This document shows positions 40,725 to 50,974 of a stretch of DNA of 64,000 bases, in pieces. The notes below the pieces were generated by a model. It had not been told where the DNA came from and made no database searches. It was given only the letters and a program-made list of their open reading frames with translations. Numbering within the stretch: position 1 is the stretch's first letter; every line of letters begins with the position of its first letter. Source of the DNA: Polyangia bacterium (GTDB lineage: Bacteria; Myxococcota_A; Polyangia; JAAYKL01); contig JBNKCR010000071.1 of NCBI GenBank assembly GCA_050287845.1, forward strand, positions 1 to 64,000, in the 5' to 3' direction. The position numbers and the translations under genes were made by a program.

Positions 40725-41360
40725 ATGAACGAAAGAAAAAGAGATACCAGTAAAAAACGGGAGGCCATCCTGGATGCCGCACAGCAGGCGTTTATCGACG
40801 AAGGATATGAGAATGCCAGCATGGATCGCATCGCGGAACTGGCCAGCGCCTCCAAAAGAACGGTGTACAACCATTTTTCGAGCAAAGAGGCGTTGTTCCA
40901 GTCGGTAATAAAACGGCTGTTCCAGGAGGCGTATGCGCTGAAGCAAATTATTTATCACTCCGATGATTCCCTCGAAGCCCAGCTGGGTGCGTTCGCCGAT
41001 GCCAAACTGAAGTTCACCCGGAACGCAGCGTGGATGGGGATGATGAAGGTGACGGCCGGTGTGTTTTCCTCTCATCCGGAACTGGCCCGCAAGGCGGTGC
41101 GCCATGCGGAGGACGAATCCGATACGCTGGCCAGCTGGCTGACCGAAGCCACCGGAGACGGTCGAATGAATGTTCCGGATGCCGCGGAGGCGGCCACCAT
41201 TTTCTGGTCCATGGTGAGCGGTGCCTTTTTCTGGCCCGCCATTTTTCATTGCGCCATGCCCGGGGAGCAGGTTGTCCGATTAAAAAATGAGATGATTGAT
41301 ATGTTTCTGCGAAAGTATGGAACTGAAAAAGGAACCGGAGCGGGCAACGATCGGCAGTAA
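40725..41360 (+). CDS. TetR/AcrR family transcriptional regulator
   Basis: KREAILDAA...GYENASMDRIAELASASKRTVYNHFSSKEALF HTH. Confidence 0.96.
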   Translation: MNERKRDTSKKREAILDAAQQAFIDEGYENASMDRIAELASASKRTVYNHFSSKEALFQSVIKRLFQEAYALKQIIYHSDDSLEAQLGAFADAKLKFTRNAAWMGMMKVTAGVFSSHPELARKAVRHAEDESDTLASWLTEATGDGRMNVPDAAEAATIFWSMVSGAFFWPAIFHCAMPGEQVVRLKNEMIDMFLRKYGTEKGTGAGNDRQ

Positions 41361-41374
41361 AAAATACCGTCGGC

Positions 41375-42160
41375 TTACTCGTTCATTTTTTTCCGGCACG
41401 CATTCAGGCCTTTCCGGGCGGCATCTGCTTCCGGAGAGCCCGGGGAAAGTTCAATGACCGATTCAAACTGTTTGGCCGCCTCTGCAAATTCTCCTTTGCG
41501 AGCCAGCGCGTTGCCAAGCAGCAACGCCACTTTGGGCAATGATGGATTCAATTCCAGTGCGTTTCTGTAGAGCTCAATGGCGGCGTCCTGATTTCCGGCA
41601 TCTTTTTCGAGCTTCGCAAGGGCGATGATGGGATCGGGGTCTTCGGTATCGAGAGACGCGCACTTCCCGTAATGGGCTCTTGCGCCATCAATATCACCGG
41701 AAGCGGCCAGCGCCATAGCCAGATTGTAGTGCACATCCGCGGCATCGGGTTCTGCAGTCGCCACGGTTTTGAATTCCGCGATCGCTTCTGGCAGTTTTCC
41801 CTGCTGATAATAGACAAGCCCCAGGTTGAGCCGCGCGTTGGTCAGGCCGGGATCGAGTTCCAGCGCCTTCTGATACTCTGCCAGCGCCATTTCGAGATCT
41901 CCCAGATTATCTTTGGAAAGCCCGAAATAGTAGTGCAGCGTCGGGTCGTTGGGCGTCTGATTGAGCAGATTGGCAAATATATCGGCGGCGGTGCGGTAGT
42001 CTCCTGCTTCAATGGCCTGCTCGCCGTCCCGGATGGAGGTTGGGGTCACTTCGGAAAGGCCGGGTTGAGACGGCTGCGCCCCTCCGCAGGAGCTGACAGA
42101 TACAACACCGCACAGGCTGCACACTGTCAGGGCTGTCATGGTCCAATGGTTTCGTTTCAT
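41375..42160 (-). CDS. Tetratricopeptide-repeat lipoprotein
   Basis: VSSC lipobox-like signal; tandem TPR units (ARLNLGLVYYQQG, VHYNLAMAL). Confidence 0.88.
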   Translation of the reverse strand: MKRNHWTMTALTVCSLCGVVSVSSCGGAQPSQPGLSEVTPTSIRDGEQAIEAGDYRTAADIFANLLNQTPNDPTLHYYFGLSKDNLGDLEMALAEYQKALELDPGLTNARLNLGLVYYQQGKLPEAIAEFKTVATAEPDAADVHYNLAMALAASGDIDGARAHYGKCASLDTEDPDPIIALAKLEKDAGNQDAAIELYRNALELNPSLPKVALLLGNALARKGEFAEAAKQFESVIELSPGSPEADAARKGLNACRKKMNE

Positions 42161-42364
42161 TCGTTATACTCCTTCCAGGAACGGGATAGTTTTCGGTGGG
42201 AGTATCCTACCATGCAGCTTCAATTTATGAAGAGTCAAATTGTCGAATCGGCAATTTCCCGGGATGCACAATGACAATTTGTCATAGTTGTGGAATTCCA
42301 CGCTGAAAAAATTGAGTTATCGGGCCATATACAATTGGTTTGTTTCTTGCTAAAGCACAGCAAC

Positions 42365-43621
42365 ATGATGAAACACGTATATTTGAATCTGCTATTTATT
42401 TGTTCCGTCCTGACGGTGCTGCCCGGAGCCGGATTCGCCCAGGACACGGATTCGGACAATGGAACAACTGCGTCCATAACGGATTGGGTGGAAATCGAGA
42501 TGGATTTGCGCGACCGGAATACGTTGGAATTGGAGCCGTTTTACGATGACGAAGACAACGTGTTCCTGAAGTTCAGTCAGCAGGATTGTTACGACAACAT
42601 TCAGCTGACGTTCAATTTCACCATCAGTGATGACAACCTGCTGGATCGCGGAGATGTGCACCTGTTCCGGGGCGAGGACTGCGATAATGATTCCAACTTC
42701 GATGATTGCGTTCTGGTGGCGAGCGAGACGCCTTCCAGTGGATATGTCAGTATCAGCAATATCGCACTTCGGGAAATTTTCGATGATGTGAATTGCAGTG
42801 CCACCGGTGTGGAACCACGGGACCTGTGGGTTGCAATTCTGGACAATACGGCGACGCTGAACGAGGACGACGGCGATCGAATCAAGTCGATTGGCACCGC
42901 AACCATCGATTTTGAAGGACCGGCGGTGACGACCAATATTCGCAACTGGCTGGTGGGCAACAACAATGTCGAAGTTCAGTTCAACACGGTGAACAGCGCC
43001 ACCGTAAAAGGGTATGCCGCTTTCTATGCGCAGACAACAGCCTCGGACTGTGCGGATGGACCGTTCGCAGCCGGACAGTTCCCGGTTGCCGCAACGGATA
43101 CCCATGCAGAAATATCCGGTTCGGATGATGAGAACAGTATTAAAATTTCCGGGTTGGAAAATGATGCATATTATCAGGTGGCAGTGGTGACGCTGGACGT
43201 GTATGGAAATCCATCCGCTTTGTCCGCTCCAATCTGCGCCGCGCCACAGGATAGCATCGGCATTGGGGATGCCGTGGAGACCGATGGGGAGTTCTGTTTC
43301 ATCGCTACTGCTGCGTTTGATTCCTACGACCATCCCACAGTGCGGGTGCTTCGGGTATTTCGGGACAGTTTTTTAAGGAAAATGCCCGCAGGAAACGCCA
43401 TAATTGCAGCGTATTATGCAGTTGGGCCCGGTCTTGCCGGGTTGATTCAGGATGACGGTGCGGCCAAAGAAATGGTAAGAAGCAGCCTTGGGCTTTTTGC
43501 GGAGCTGACAAAGGGGCTGGTGCTTGTTGGCCCGGTGTGGGTATTGTTCGGACTCTTTGGCGCCATGCTGCTGGGATTGGTACTGGGGTTGGCAGCGCCC
43601 GTTCGAAGGAGAAGCAGATGA
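42365..43621 (+). CDS. Exported FN3-like protein with CFI-box-CTERM-like C-terminus (MXAN_2561-like)
   Basis: Signal peptide ending AGFA/Q; FN3-like ISGLENDAYYQVAVVTLDVYGNPS; CFIATAAF...LRVFRD..L...YY..GP; TM; RRRSR. Confidence 0.8.
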   Translation: MMKHVYLNLLFICSVLTVLPGAGFAQDTDSDNGTTASITDWVEIEMDLRDRNTLELEPFYDDEDNVFLKFSQQDCYDNIQLTFNFTISDDNLLDRGDVHLFRGEDCDNDSNFDDCVLVASETPSSGYVSISNIALREIFDDVNCSATGVEPRDLWVAILDNTATLNEDDGDRIKSIGTATIDFEGPAVTTNIRNWLVGNNNVEVQFNTVNSATVKGYAAFYAQTTASDCADGPFAAGQFPVAATDTHAEISGSDDENSIKISGLENDAYYQVAVVTLDVYGNPSALSAPICAAPQDSIGIGDAVETDGEFCFIATAAFDSYDHPTVRVLRVFRDSFLRKMPAGNAIIAAYYAVGPGLAGLIQDDGAAKEMVRSSLGLFAELTKGLVLVGPVWVLFGLFGAMLLGLVLGLAAPVRRRSR

Positions 43622-44361
43622 ATCGGATTGCTGGACTTGGAGTGTTTGCGACGATGGCGGTATTGCTGGTGTTGCCCATGCAGGCCCGGGCATATATGCC
43701 TTCGCCGAGACACGGTGCCCTGGAGTTGAAATTTGGCCCTCATCGGCCCCATGGCGATGCCTTCAGGGTAAATGACACGCGCTATGACTATACGAATTTT
43801 TTCGGAGAAAACGAGAGCATGTTTCGGGCAGAACTCGAAATCGACTGGCAGTTTGCCCGCATTGACGAGGTGATGAGTTTCGGCATCGGCGGTGGCATGG
43901 GATTCATGCGGGAGGAAGCGCGTGGTTTCGTGGAAACACCGGGAACCAATGAGCTGCAGCGATCGTCCGATAAAACCTCGTTGAACGTGATACCGTTCTC
44001 ACTGCTGGCGGTCATCCGCCTGGACGTGTTGTCGGAGAAGCTGCGCATTCCGTTTGCGCCATATTTCAAGGCCGGGTTGAACTGGTATGTGTGGTGGACA
44101 AAAACAGGGGGGGAAAAGGACAATTCCGGCGGGACAATCGGTTGGCAGGTGAATCCCGGCCTGGCGTTTCTTCTGGACTGGATTGACGAAACCACGGCAC
44201 GCACTTTTGACAATGAAGTGGGCGTGAACAACAGCTATTTTTTTGTGGAACTGCTGTATGCCAGAGTGGATGGCTTTGGTGACAACGGTAAACTGGATCT
44301 GACTCCCAACAACATCGGCGACAGCGCGACGTGGATGGCCGGATTATGCCTCGAATTCTAG
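43618..44361 (+). CDS. Outer-membrane beta-barrel protein, MXAN_2562-like
   Basis: ATGA overlap with the upstream stop; signal peptide; ELKFGP, PFAPYFKAGL, FDNEVGVNNSY; terminal ...GLCLEF (C-terminal Phe). Confidence 0.82.
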   Translation: MNRIAGLGVFATMAVLLVLPMQARAYMPSPRHGALELKFGPHRPHGDAFRVNDTRYDYTNFFGENESMFRAELEIDWQFARIDEVMSFGIGGGMGFMREEARGFVETPGTNELQRSSDKTSLNVIPFSLLAVIRLDVLSEKLRIPFAPYFKAGLNWYVWWTKTGGEKDNSGGTIGWQVNPGLAFLLDWIDETTARTFDNEVGVNNSYFFVELLYARVDGFGDNGKLDLTPNNIGDSATWMAGLCLEF

Positions 44362-44371
44362 AGCCAGTGCC

Positions 44372-45142
44372 ATGCCCACCTATAAACTGACCATTGAATA
44401 TGACGGAACGCCATATCGCGGATGGCAGGCCCACGAAGATATTGTGAGCATCCAGGGCACACTGTGCGATGCCCTGCGGATTTCTCTGCGAAAAGATGTT
44501 GCATTGCAGGGCGCTTCCCGAACCGATGCGGGAGTGCACGCGGTGGGCCAGGTAGCCAGCCTGAAACTGGACGAACCGGTGGATGAGCATCGTCTTGCCC
44601 GGTCGCTCAGCGCCCTGTGCAAACCGCATATTGCGGTGACTCGGGTGGAGCGGGTCGACGACGAATTCAACGCGCGATTCTCCGCCCGGGGGAAACACTA
44701 CGTGTATCGGATATTGAATCGAAGCGCACCATCTCCGTTAATGCAGCATATCTGCTGGCATGTGGCGGCGCCCCTGGATTTGCCACGGATGCGACAGGCG
44801 GCAGCGACGCTGGTTGGCACCCATGATTTTAACGCATTTCGCGCCAGCGATTGCCAGCGGGATAATACCAAACGCACCGTGACCACGGTGGATGTTGTGG
44901 AAAATAGTCCAATTGTGGAAATTCACGTGCGGGGGACGGCATTTTTAAAAAATATGGTTCGTATCATTGCCGGCACCCTGGTGGATATTGCCCGGGGCGC
45001 AATACCACCTGACACCGTAGAAAGGATGCTGGAAACCGGGGACCGCACCATAGGCGGACGTACTGCACCAGCCTGTGGCCTGACTCTGGTGGAAGTGTTT
45101 TTTGACGAGACGAAACTGACCGCAACTCCCCGGAAGGGGTGA
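44372..45142 (+). CDS. truA: tRNA pseudouridine(38-40) synthase
   Basis: YDGT.YRGWQ, SRTDAGVHA, FNARF, GTHDF, FLKNMVR and APACGL motifs. Confidence 0.96.
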   Translation: MPTYKLTIEYDGTPYRGWQAHEDIVSIQGTLCDALRISLRKDVALQGASRTDAGVHAVGQVASLKLDEPVDEHRLARSLSALCKPHIAVTRVERVDDEFNARFSARGKHYVYRILNRSAPSPLMQHICWHVAAPLDLPRMRQAAATLVGTHDFNAFRASDCQRDNTKRTVTTVDVVENSPIVEIHVRGTAFLKNMVRIIAGTLVDIARGAIPPDTVERMLETGDRTIGGRTAPACGLTLVEVFFDETKLTATPRKG

Positions 45143-45183
45143 CCCCGGCAACACGGTATGTCGGCCAATCCGGTTCAGCTGGG

Positions 45184-45489
45184 TCAGAAGTCCCAGACTC
45201 TCAGAAAATTGATGAACATCTGGCGATCGGTGTCATCCCATGCGGACATGGCAGACAACAGGTCAAAATGTTCTTCAGTTTCGTAGCCGGCCAGCTTCAG
45301 CATCAGCAATCCGGTTTGAAAGGTTGCAATATCATTGCTCCTGGAAATCCATTCGTACAGGGCTTCCGGCTCAAACGGGTTGATGCCGTGGGCATTCGCC
45401 AGCGGCGTGAACCGCCTGGCCAGAGAAGATAGCCGCTTCTCAAGAGGAAGGTCTTTTCGTTCGTATGCTCTGATAGGTACGCTTGGCAT
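45184..45489 (-). CDS. Hypothetical protein (101 aa)
   Basis: Co-oriented 14 nt after the upstream gene; globular composition; FDLLSAMSAWD motif. Confidence 0.7.
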   Translation of the reverse strand: MPSVPIRAYERKDLPLEKRLSSLARRFTPLANAHGINPFEPEALYEWISRSNDIATFQTGLLMLKLAGYETEEHFDLLSAMSAWDDTDRQMFINFLRVWDF

Positions 45490-45503
45490 AATAGGGTTCC
45501 ATT

Positions 45504-46397
45504 TTATGGCTGAGTGTCGTTTCTCATTTTCAGAAGCTGGAGTTCCTTTCTGGTGCGATCCAGCTCGGTTTCCAGACGTTCTTTTTCAAACTGTGTTTTT
45601 TCCAGTGTTGCCTGCAGCTTATTCGAATCGCCGCCGGCAACCAGTGGGCTTTTCATCCCCATGGCCATGGTCTTGAATCTGGATCCTCCCGGGGAGGCAT
45701 CAGCGCCACCGGAATCGGAAGAAATTTGAATCGCGGCCAGCTTTTTGACCTGTTCCAGCTCCTTTTTGATTTTTTCAAGCTCCATGCTGACCTGAGCGCG
45801 GGAGGTCTGCACCTGCTCCAAATCTTCCCGCACTCGCTGATGGGCCACTTTTTCCATGTCCAGCTCCGCCTGCAATTCATCGAGCGCTTCACTTTCTGAA
45901 TGCGGAATGGACTGCCGCTTCAACGGTTTGGGCAGCGTGGTGGGCTTCTCCATTGGGCGACTCTGGGTCAGTTTTTCCTTTGCGGTCTCCAGTTCCTCTT
46001 TCACGCCATCCAAATCAAAAAGCACCTTATCCCGTTCTCCTTCGAGCTGAACGATTTGGGAATTCAATCGGGCGATTTCCGCATCTTTGTCATCATCTTT
46101 GTCATCATTTTTGTCATCCCGGGCCGCATTGGGAGCCGGCGTGGTTTTTTTGGGCGCTGATTTTTTGGGGGGGCCGGGGGGAGATGCCGCACCGACCCTG
46201 GCTTCCTTGAGTTGAGTCTGCAGCGCGCGACAATTTTTCTGCGCCGATTCCAATTGCTTCTGCAACGAGTATAAATCCAGATTGGAGTCCGATATGGTTT
46301 TCCCGGCAATGGCCTGTCCCGAATAGTATCCCGACAGCCAGAGCAGGACGGTTCCCATCAGCACGCCGCCGGCCACCGCGATAAACAGATACATCAT
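45504..46397 (-). CDS. N-terminally membrane-anchored coiled-coil protein
   Basis: N-terminal TM, several heptad segments with Pro/Lys linkers; ATGA-coupled to the upstream gene. Confidence 0.8.
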   Translation of the reverse strand: MMYLFIAVAGGVLMGTVLLWLSGYYSGQAIAGKTISDSNLDLYSLQKQLESAQKNCRALQTQLKEARVGAASPPGPPKKSAPKKTTPAPNAARDDKNDDKDDDKDAEIARLNSQIVQLEGERDKVLFDLDGVKEELETAKEKLTQSRPMEKPTTLPKPLKRQSIPHSESEALDELQAELDMEKVAHQRVREDLEQVQTSRAQVSMELEKIKKELEQVKKLAAIQISSDSGGADASPGGSRFKTMAMGMKSPLVAGGDSNKLQATLEKTQFEKERLETELDRTRKELQLLKMRNDTQP

Positions 46398-47050
46398 TGG
46401 GCACCTCCCGCGGAAATGATCCGCACCCTGATGCCTCTGATGTCAGGTTGTTGTTCCACGGCAGTTTCAGTTCGTTCAGCGACAGCGCCTGATTCCTTGA
46501 GTATCAGTGCCTGGATTCGGTTGGCCCCAATCTGTGCCAGTTTACTTGTTTTATTGATGTTATTGATGCCAACAATTTTCAGGTGCATCCCCGGAGTCGT
46601 TTTCATTTTTTCGATAATGGCCTGAAGTGTGGTTTTCGAAGCGGCATCCGGTTCATATCTATCGGCCAGTACCAGCACCCAGGGACCTGCGCCTTCGATC
46701 GCTGATTTGGGCGCCTCTGTGCCAGGCGTAGTACTCTCGGGTGCTTCGGCCCCGACACTGCCAGACTGCGCTTCGTCATTTGCCCCATCGTCCGCACCGC
46801 TTTCGGCCGGGACTGTGTCGGGGGGCAGAACACCGGCAGATTTCGCTATGTTGGATTTCTTTGCTGCAGGAATATCCGGCCTGGAGGCAGTTGTATCTGA
46901 AGCACTGACCGCAGGCTCATGGAGACGCAGGCTTTTTATCTTCTGGTCCACGAGTTTCGGAATCAGTACAAGGGCGCCGCCAATCAGTGTAAACCCGATG
47001 ATTGCCAGTATAATTCCCAGATTCGTCTGTTTTTTTGTTCGATCGATCAT
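46394..47050 (-). CDS. Single-TM protein with low-complexity linker and degenerate OmpA/MotB-like C-terminal domain
   Basis: TM at aa ~10-30; C-terminal alpha/beta pattern (TLQAIIEKMK..PGMHLKIVG...KLAQIGANRIQALI). The fold call is tentative. Confidence 0.65.
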   Translation of the reverse strand: MIDRTKKQTNLGIILAIIGFTLIGGALVLIPKLVDQKIKSLRLHEPAVSASDTTASRPDIPAAKKSNIAKSAGVLPPDTVPAESGADDGANDEAQSGSVGAEAPESTTPGTEAPKSAIEGAGPWVLVLADRYEPDAASKTTLQAIIEKMKTTPGMHLKIVGINNINKTSKLAQIGANRIQALILKESGAVAERTETAVEQQPDIRGIRVRIISAGGAQ

Positions 47051-47115
47051 AACGTGATGGTTTGACTGCTTTCCTCATTCCCGGGATGCATCATGATGTC
47101 CCGGAGGTGTTGATG

Positions 47116-48411
47116 TCAATTTCCTTCGTGAAGTGGATACACCACTTCTGTCACTTTTGGATACCTGGAGATTATGGCACGAAATTCGTTTTGACTCAAT
47201 TTGAGTACCACAGTATTTTCCATTGCCTGCAACGAGGGTCGGGCAGAAGCGTTTTGGCACCATTTTTCGAGGTCAATCCAGTCTCCTCTTCCAAATACGT
47301 TCACGTTGTCCGCCGGAGAAGCATCGAGGGAAAGAGCGGGCGTGGGGCGGCTCAGGATTTCGCCTGAAAACACAAAAAGGCAGCCTTTGTGTCCGTTGGG
47401 ATTGTTGATGGCGTTGAAATATGAACAGATGGTGGCGCCATCCGGAAAAACCGGACTTCCCGCTTCAGAAACGACAGGCGTCATTCCTTTCAGCATCGCG
47501 CTCCGCTCCGCCAGCGGCAATGCGGCGAGCAGCGGGTTTTCCCTGAGAAGAAGGGTGAGAATTTTTCGTTGATAATATCGGGCCAGAAATCGGGCGGCGC
47601 CGGATTCCCGCTCGCAGATTTCCAGAAGCACCGGTACGGGCAGCTCAAGCAGTGTACATGGTTCAGTGGCGACAATATCGGCGGATTCAGGGTTGCCGGT
47701 GACTATCGACTCTTCGCCAAGCAAATCATTTTCCGAATGTGAATGGCGGACCCGTCGGCCCAATCCGACTTCCAACTGGCAGTGGGCTTTCCCATATATA
47801 ATGAAATATATTACTGTACTTTGTTGACCGGCGGGAAGAATCACCTGTCCGGAATTTATCTGACGCACCCGGGACGCATGCGTGAGTTGAATGAACGACG
47901 TTGGACTCAACGATGAAAACAGGGGCATTTCACAGCTTCCGGGGTATTGCTGGAGGGTCTCCAGGGAATTTGCCCAGCAGAGGGCGCTCAGACTTTCGGC
48001 CATCTGAATAACTTCCGCATCGGTCAGTTGCGCGTTCCAGGGAGTGATTTCGCCCCCGGCAAATGTTCCAGCTGGAGGTCTGAATTCCCCTTCTTCGGCA
48101 AGACTGTATCGGTCCGCAAGTTCGCCCATCAGGCGTTCCCGTACTTCGCCGGGCAAAAGGGTCTCATGGAAGGCCAGCAGTGCCTGAAGCGGGAAGAGTC
48201 CGCGAACCAGCGCCAACGACGCGTTTTCCAGGTTCTTCAGGGCAGCTTCACCCGGCTTCAGATGAGCAGCCGCCACAGCCACCTGGTACCAGGCGGGAAA
48301 GTTGCCGGGCTGGTGTTCGAGAATGGGTCCGGCAATTTTAAGCGCATCAGAATATCGCCCCCCATTGAGGTGGGCCTGAGTTCTGGCGTATCTGCAGTAT
48401 TCTGCCATCAA
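47116..48411 (-). CDS. Protein with helical N-terminus and two degenerate cyclic-nucleotide-binding domains
   Basis: PLFSSLS...SGQVIL..G....IYFIIYG...LLGEES...SADIVATEPCTLLEL, plus a second similar unit. Confidence 0.8.
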   Translation of the reverse strand: MMAEYCRYARTQAHLNGGRYSDALKIAGPILEHQPGNFPAWYQVAVAAAHLKPGEAALKNLENASLALVRGLFPLQALLAFHETLLPGEVRERLMGELADRYSLAEEGEFRPPAGTFAGGEITPWNAQLTDAEVIQMAESLSALCWANSLETLQQYPGSCEMPLFSSLSPTSFIQLTHASRVRQINSGQVILPAGQQSTVIYFIIYGKAHCQLEVGLGRRVRHSHSENDLLGEESIVTGNPESADIVATEPCTLLELPVPVLLEICERESGAARFLARYYQRKILTLLLRENPLLAALPLAERSAMLKGMTPVVSEAGSPVFPDGATICSYFNAINNPNGHKGCLFVFSGEILSRPTPALSLDASPADNVNVFGRGDWIDLEKWCQNASARPSLQAMENTVVLKLSQNEFRAIISRYPKVTEVVYPLHEGN

Positions 48412-48594
48412 AACGAGTACCTTATGTATATCTTGTCCGGGGACAAGGATCCATGCGCCCGTTTACAAACGCCAGGATCGGGATTGTTCTCAACATGTAT
48501 TCTGAGTATATACCGCAGTTCCCCGTTGACCACATCGGCGCGCTGAATTGGCAGACATCGGGCCTCCGCCATTGGGGATGGCGTTTCAGAGAGG

Positions 48595-49650
48595 TCAGAA
48601 TTTTTCGAGCAGTTTGCGCTGCGACTCCGTGATTTGTCTTGGAAGAGTGACTTTTAATATGATGTGGAGATTGCCGCGGGTGGTGGTTCCGATGTGGGGC
48701 ATCCCCTTGCCTTCAACGGTGATAACATCTTCGGGCTGCACCCCCTGGGGCAGTTGAACTTCCACCGTTTCGTCCACCAGTGGCACATGGATGCTGCCGC
48801 CAAGAATGGCCTGAGTGAAGGAAATGGTGGCTTCATAGTGGAGGTCATCCTGGTTGCGAACCAGTTCGGGATGGTCTTCGACTTTTATGAAAACGTACAA
48901 ATCGCCGGGGTCGCCCACTTCGGGCTTCTCTCCCTCTCCGGCGAGGCGGAGTCTCATTCCATTGTCGACGCCGGCGGGAATCGACGCTGTTACGCTGCGG
49001 GTATACGGTTCTTTTCCGGTTCCGTCGCATTTCTGACAGGGGGAGGTAATAACGGTTCCTTTGCCACCACAGGCGGGACAGGGAGTCACCATGGTCATGA
49101 AGCCGGTCCGTTGCACCACCTGTCCGTGTCCCTGACAGGTGTCGCAGGTTTCGGGATAACTGCCCGGCGCAGATCCGGACCCGTCACAGACGGAACACGA
49201 CTTGCGTTGCGTGAGCTCGATTTTCTTTCTGGCTCCCTGGTAGGCTTCTTCGAAAGTCACGCTCATCTGGACCTTCAAATCGGCTCCGCGAGGCGGCCTC
49301 GGAGGGCGGGTGGAACGGCGTCCACCGAAGATGTCGCCACCGAAAAAATCGGAGAAGATGTCCCCGAAGTGTGAGAAAATATCATCCATCCCAGAAAAAC
49401 CGGAGGATTGTCCGGACAACCCGGCATGACCGTACCGGTCGTAAATTCTTCGCTTTTCATCGTTGCTCAGCACGTCGTAGGCTTCTGCAGCCTCCTTGAA
49501 CTTCTCTTCCGCTTCTTTGTCTCCGGGGTTTTTATCTGGGTGGTATTTCAGCGCCAGGCGACGGTAAGCCTGTTTGATCTGTTTGGTATCTGCTGCTTTG
49601 TCTACTTCGAGGATTTCGTAATAATCTCGTTTTTCCATTTTTTGTAGCAT
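48595..49650 (-). CDS. dnaJ: Molecular chaperone DnaJ
   Basis: J domain with HPD, G/F region, four CxxCxGxG, GDLYV. Confidence 0.97.
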   Translation of the reverse strand: MLQKMEKRDYYEILEVDKAADTKQIKQAYRRLALKYHPDKNPGDKEAEEKFKEAAEAYDVLSNDEKRRIYDRYGHAGLSGQSSGFSGMDDIFSHFGDIFSDFFGGDIFGGRRSTRPPRPPRGADLKVQMSVTFEEAYQGARKKIELTQRKSCSVCDGSGSAPGSYPETCDTCQGHGQVVQRTGFMTMVTPCPACGGKGTVITSPCQKCDGTGKEPYTRSVTASIPAGVDNGMRLRLAGEGEKPEVGDPGDLYVFIKVEDHPELVRNQDDLHYEATISFTQAILGGSIHVPLVDETVEVQLPQGVQPEDVITVEGKGMPHIGTTTRGNLHIILKVTLPRQITESQRKLLEKF

Positions 49651-50101
49651 CCCGCAATTATCTGAGTAACTATGAAAACTAAAAAGTCAACGCACCGCCT
49701 CACGGCTGAACGACAGTACACCAATCGTGACGCAAGTCAATTACGAGGGGAAAGTCCCGAAATTTTCCGCCATGGCCAACTGAGCTTTACTCCGACGCCC
49801 TTTGGCGGACAAGGAAAAAAAACATTTGGGTAAGTTTTAGGAAACCCTCTTAAAAAGACAGGAAAATGAACATCCACGAGAAAACGGGGACTGCCGAAAA
49901 CGACATAATACACGGCTGGACGCTGTGGCGCGTACCCATCAGAAAATATCACGGCGTATTTCATTTTCCCCATCAGTCATGTAAGAGAACACTCATCCGC
50001 ATACGCACATATCGGTAACCCGGGAATGTGCAGCGGGTTGAACTGCGACTGTTGCCGACAAATGAATGACCGGGAGACAATGTGCGGTCAGGAAAAACTT
50101 G

Positions 50102-50956
50102 ATGACAAATACCTGGACAATTAAAAGGGTTCTTGACTGGACCACCGAAGATTTCAGAAATCGGCAGATGCCATCCGCCCGACTGGAGGCAGAGCTGCTG
50201 CTGTGTCATATGCTGAATGTGGAGCGAATGTACCTGTACACCCACTTTGACCGCCCGCTCCAGGGCGGGGAACTGAGCCGTTTCAGGGAACTGGTGGCCC
50301 GGCGGCGAGGCGGTGAGTGCAATGCGCATATTACGGGGCACAGGGAATTCTGGTCTCTTGATTTTGAAGTGACCCGCGATGTGCTGGTGCCCAGACCCGA
50401 TACGGAAACCCTTGTTGAGGCCGCTCTCGCAGCATGTGGTGGCGAGATGACCGTGCTGGATCTCTGTACCGGGTCGGCCTGTGTGGCCATCGCCCTTGCC
50501 GTTGAACGTACGGATATCACGGTTCACGCCACAGACATCAGCCCGGCGGCATTGGCCGTGGCGAAACGGAACGTAGTACGTCACGGACTGGAAGCGCGCG
50601 TGGCGTTGTACGAGGGAGACTTGTTCGATGCTCTGCCTCCCCAAAGCAGATACGATGTCATCGTGTCCAATCCCCCGTATGTGCGGGCGACTGATTTTCC
50701 CCATCTGTCGGCAGAAGTGCGAAACGAGCCGGAACTGGCGTTGGTGGGGGGCGGTGAAGACGGACTGGATATTGCGCGCCGGTTGCTGGGGCAGGTATCG
50801 GCGTACGCCAACCCCGATGCGCAGGTTTTCCTGGAGTTGGACGATGTTCAGACGGTGCATGTGGCCGACGTGCTCGGTCCGCAGATACTGGGACGAAGTG
50901 GGCAGGTGATTCAGGATTTGGCGGGCAGGAACAGAGTGGTATCGTTCAGACTGTGA
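50102..50956 (+). CDS. prmC: Release factor glutamine methyltransferase
   Basis: RLEAELLL, VLVPRPDTETLV, DLCTGS and SNPPY motifs. Confidence 0.95.
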   Translation: MTNTWTIKRVLDWTTEDFRNRQMPSARLEAELLLCHMLNVERMYLYTHFDRPLQGGELSRFRELVARRRGGECNAHITGHREFWSLDFEVTRDVLVPRPDTETLVEAALAACGGEMTVLDLCTGSACVAIALAVERTDITVHATDISPAALAVAKRNVVRHGLEARVALYEGDLFDALPPQSRYDVIVSNPPYVRATDFPHLSAEVRNEPELALVGGGEDGLDIARRLLGQVSAYANPDAQVFLELDDVQTVHVADVLGPQILGRSGQVIQDLAGRNRVVSFRL

Positions 50957-50974
50957 GGCCAGATGGGCCGATGC

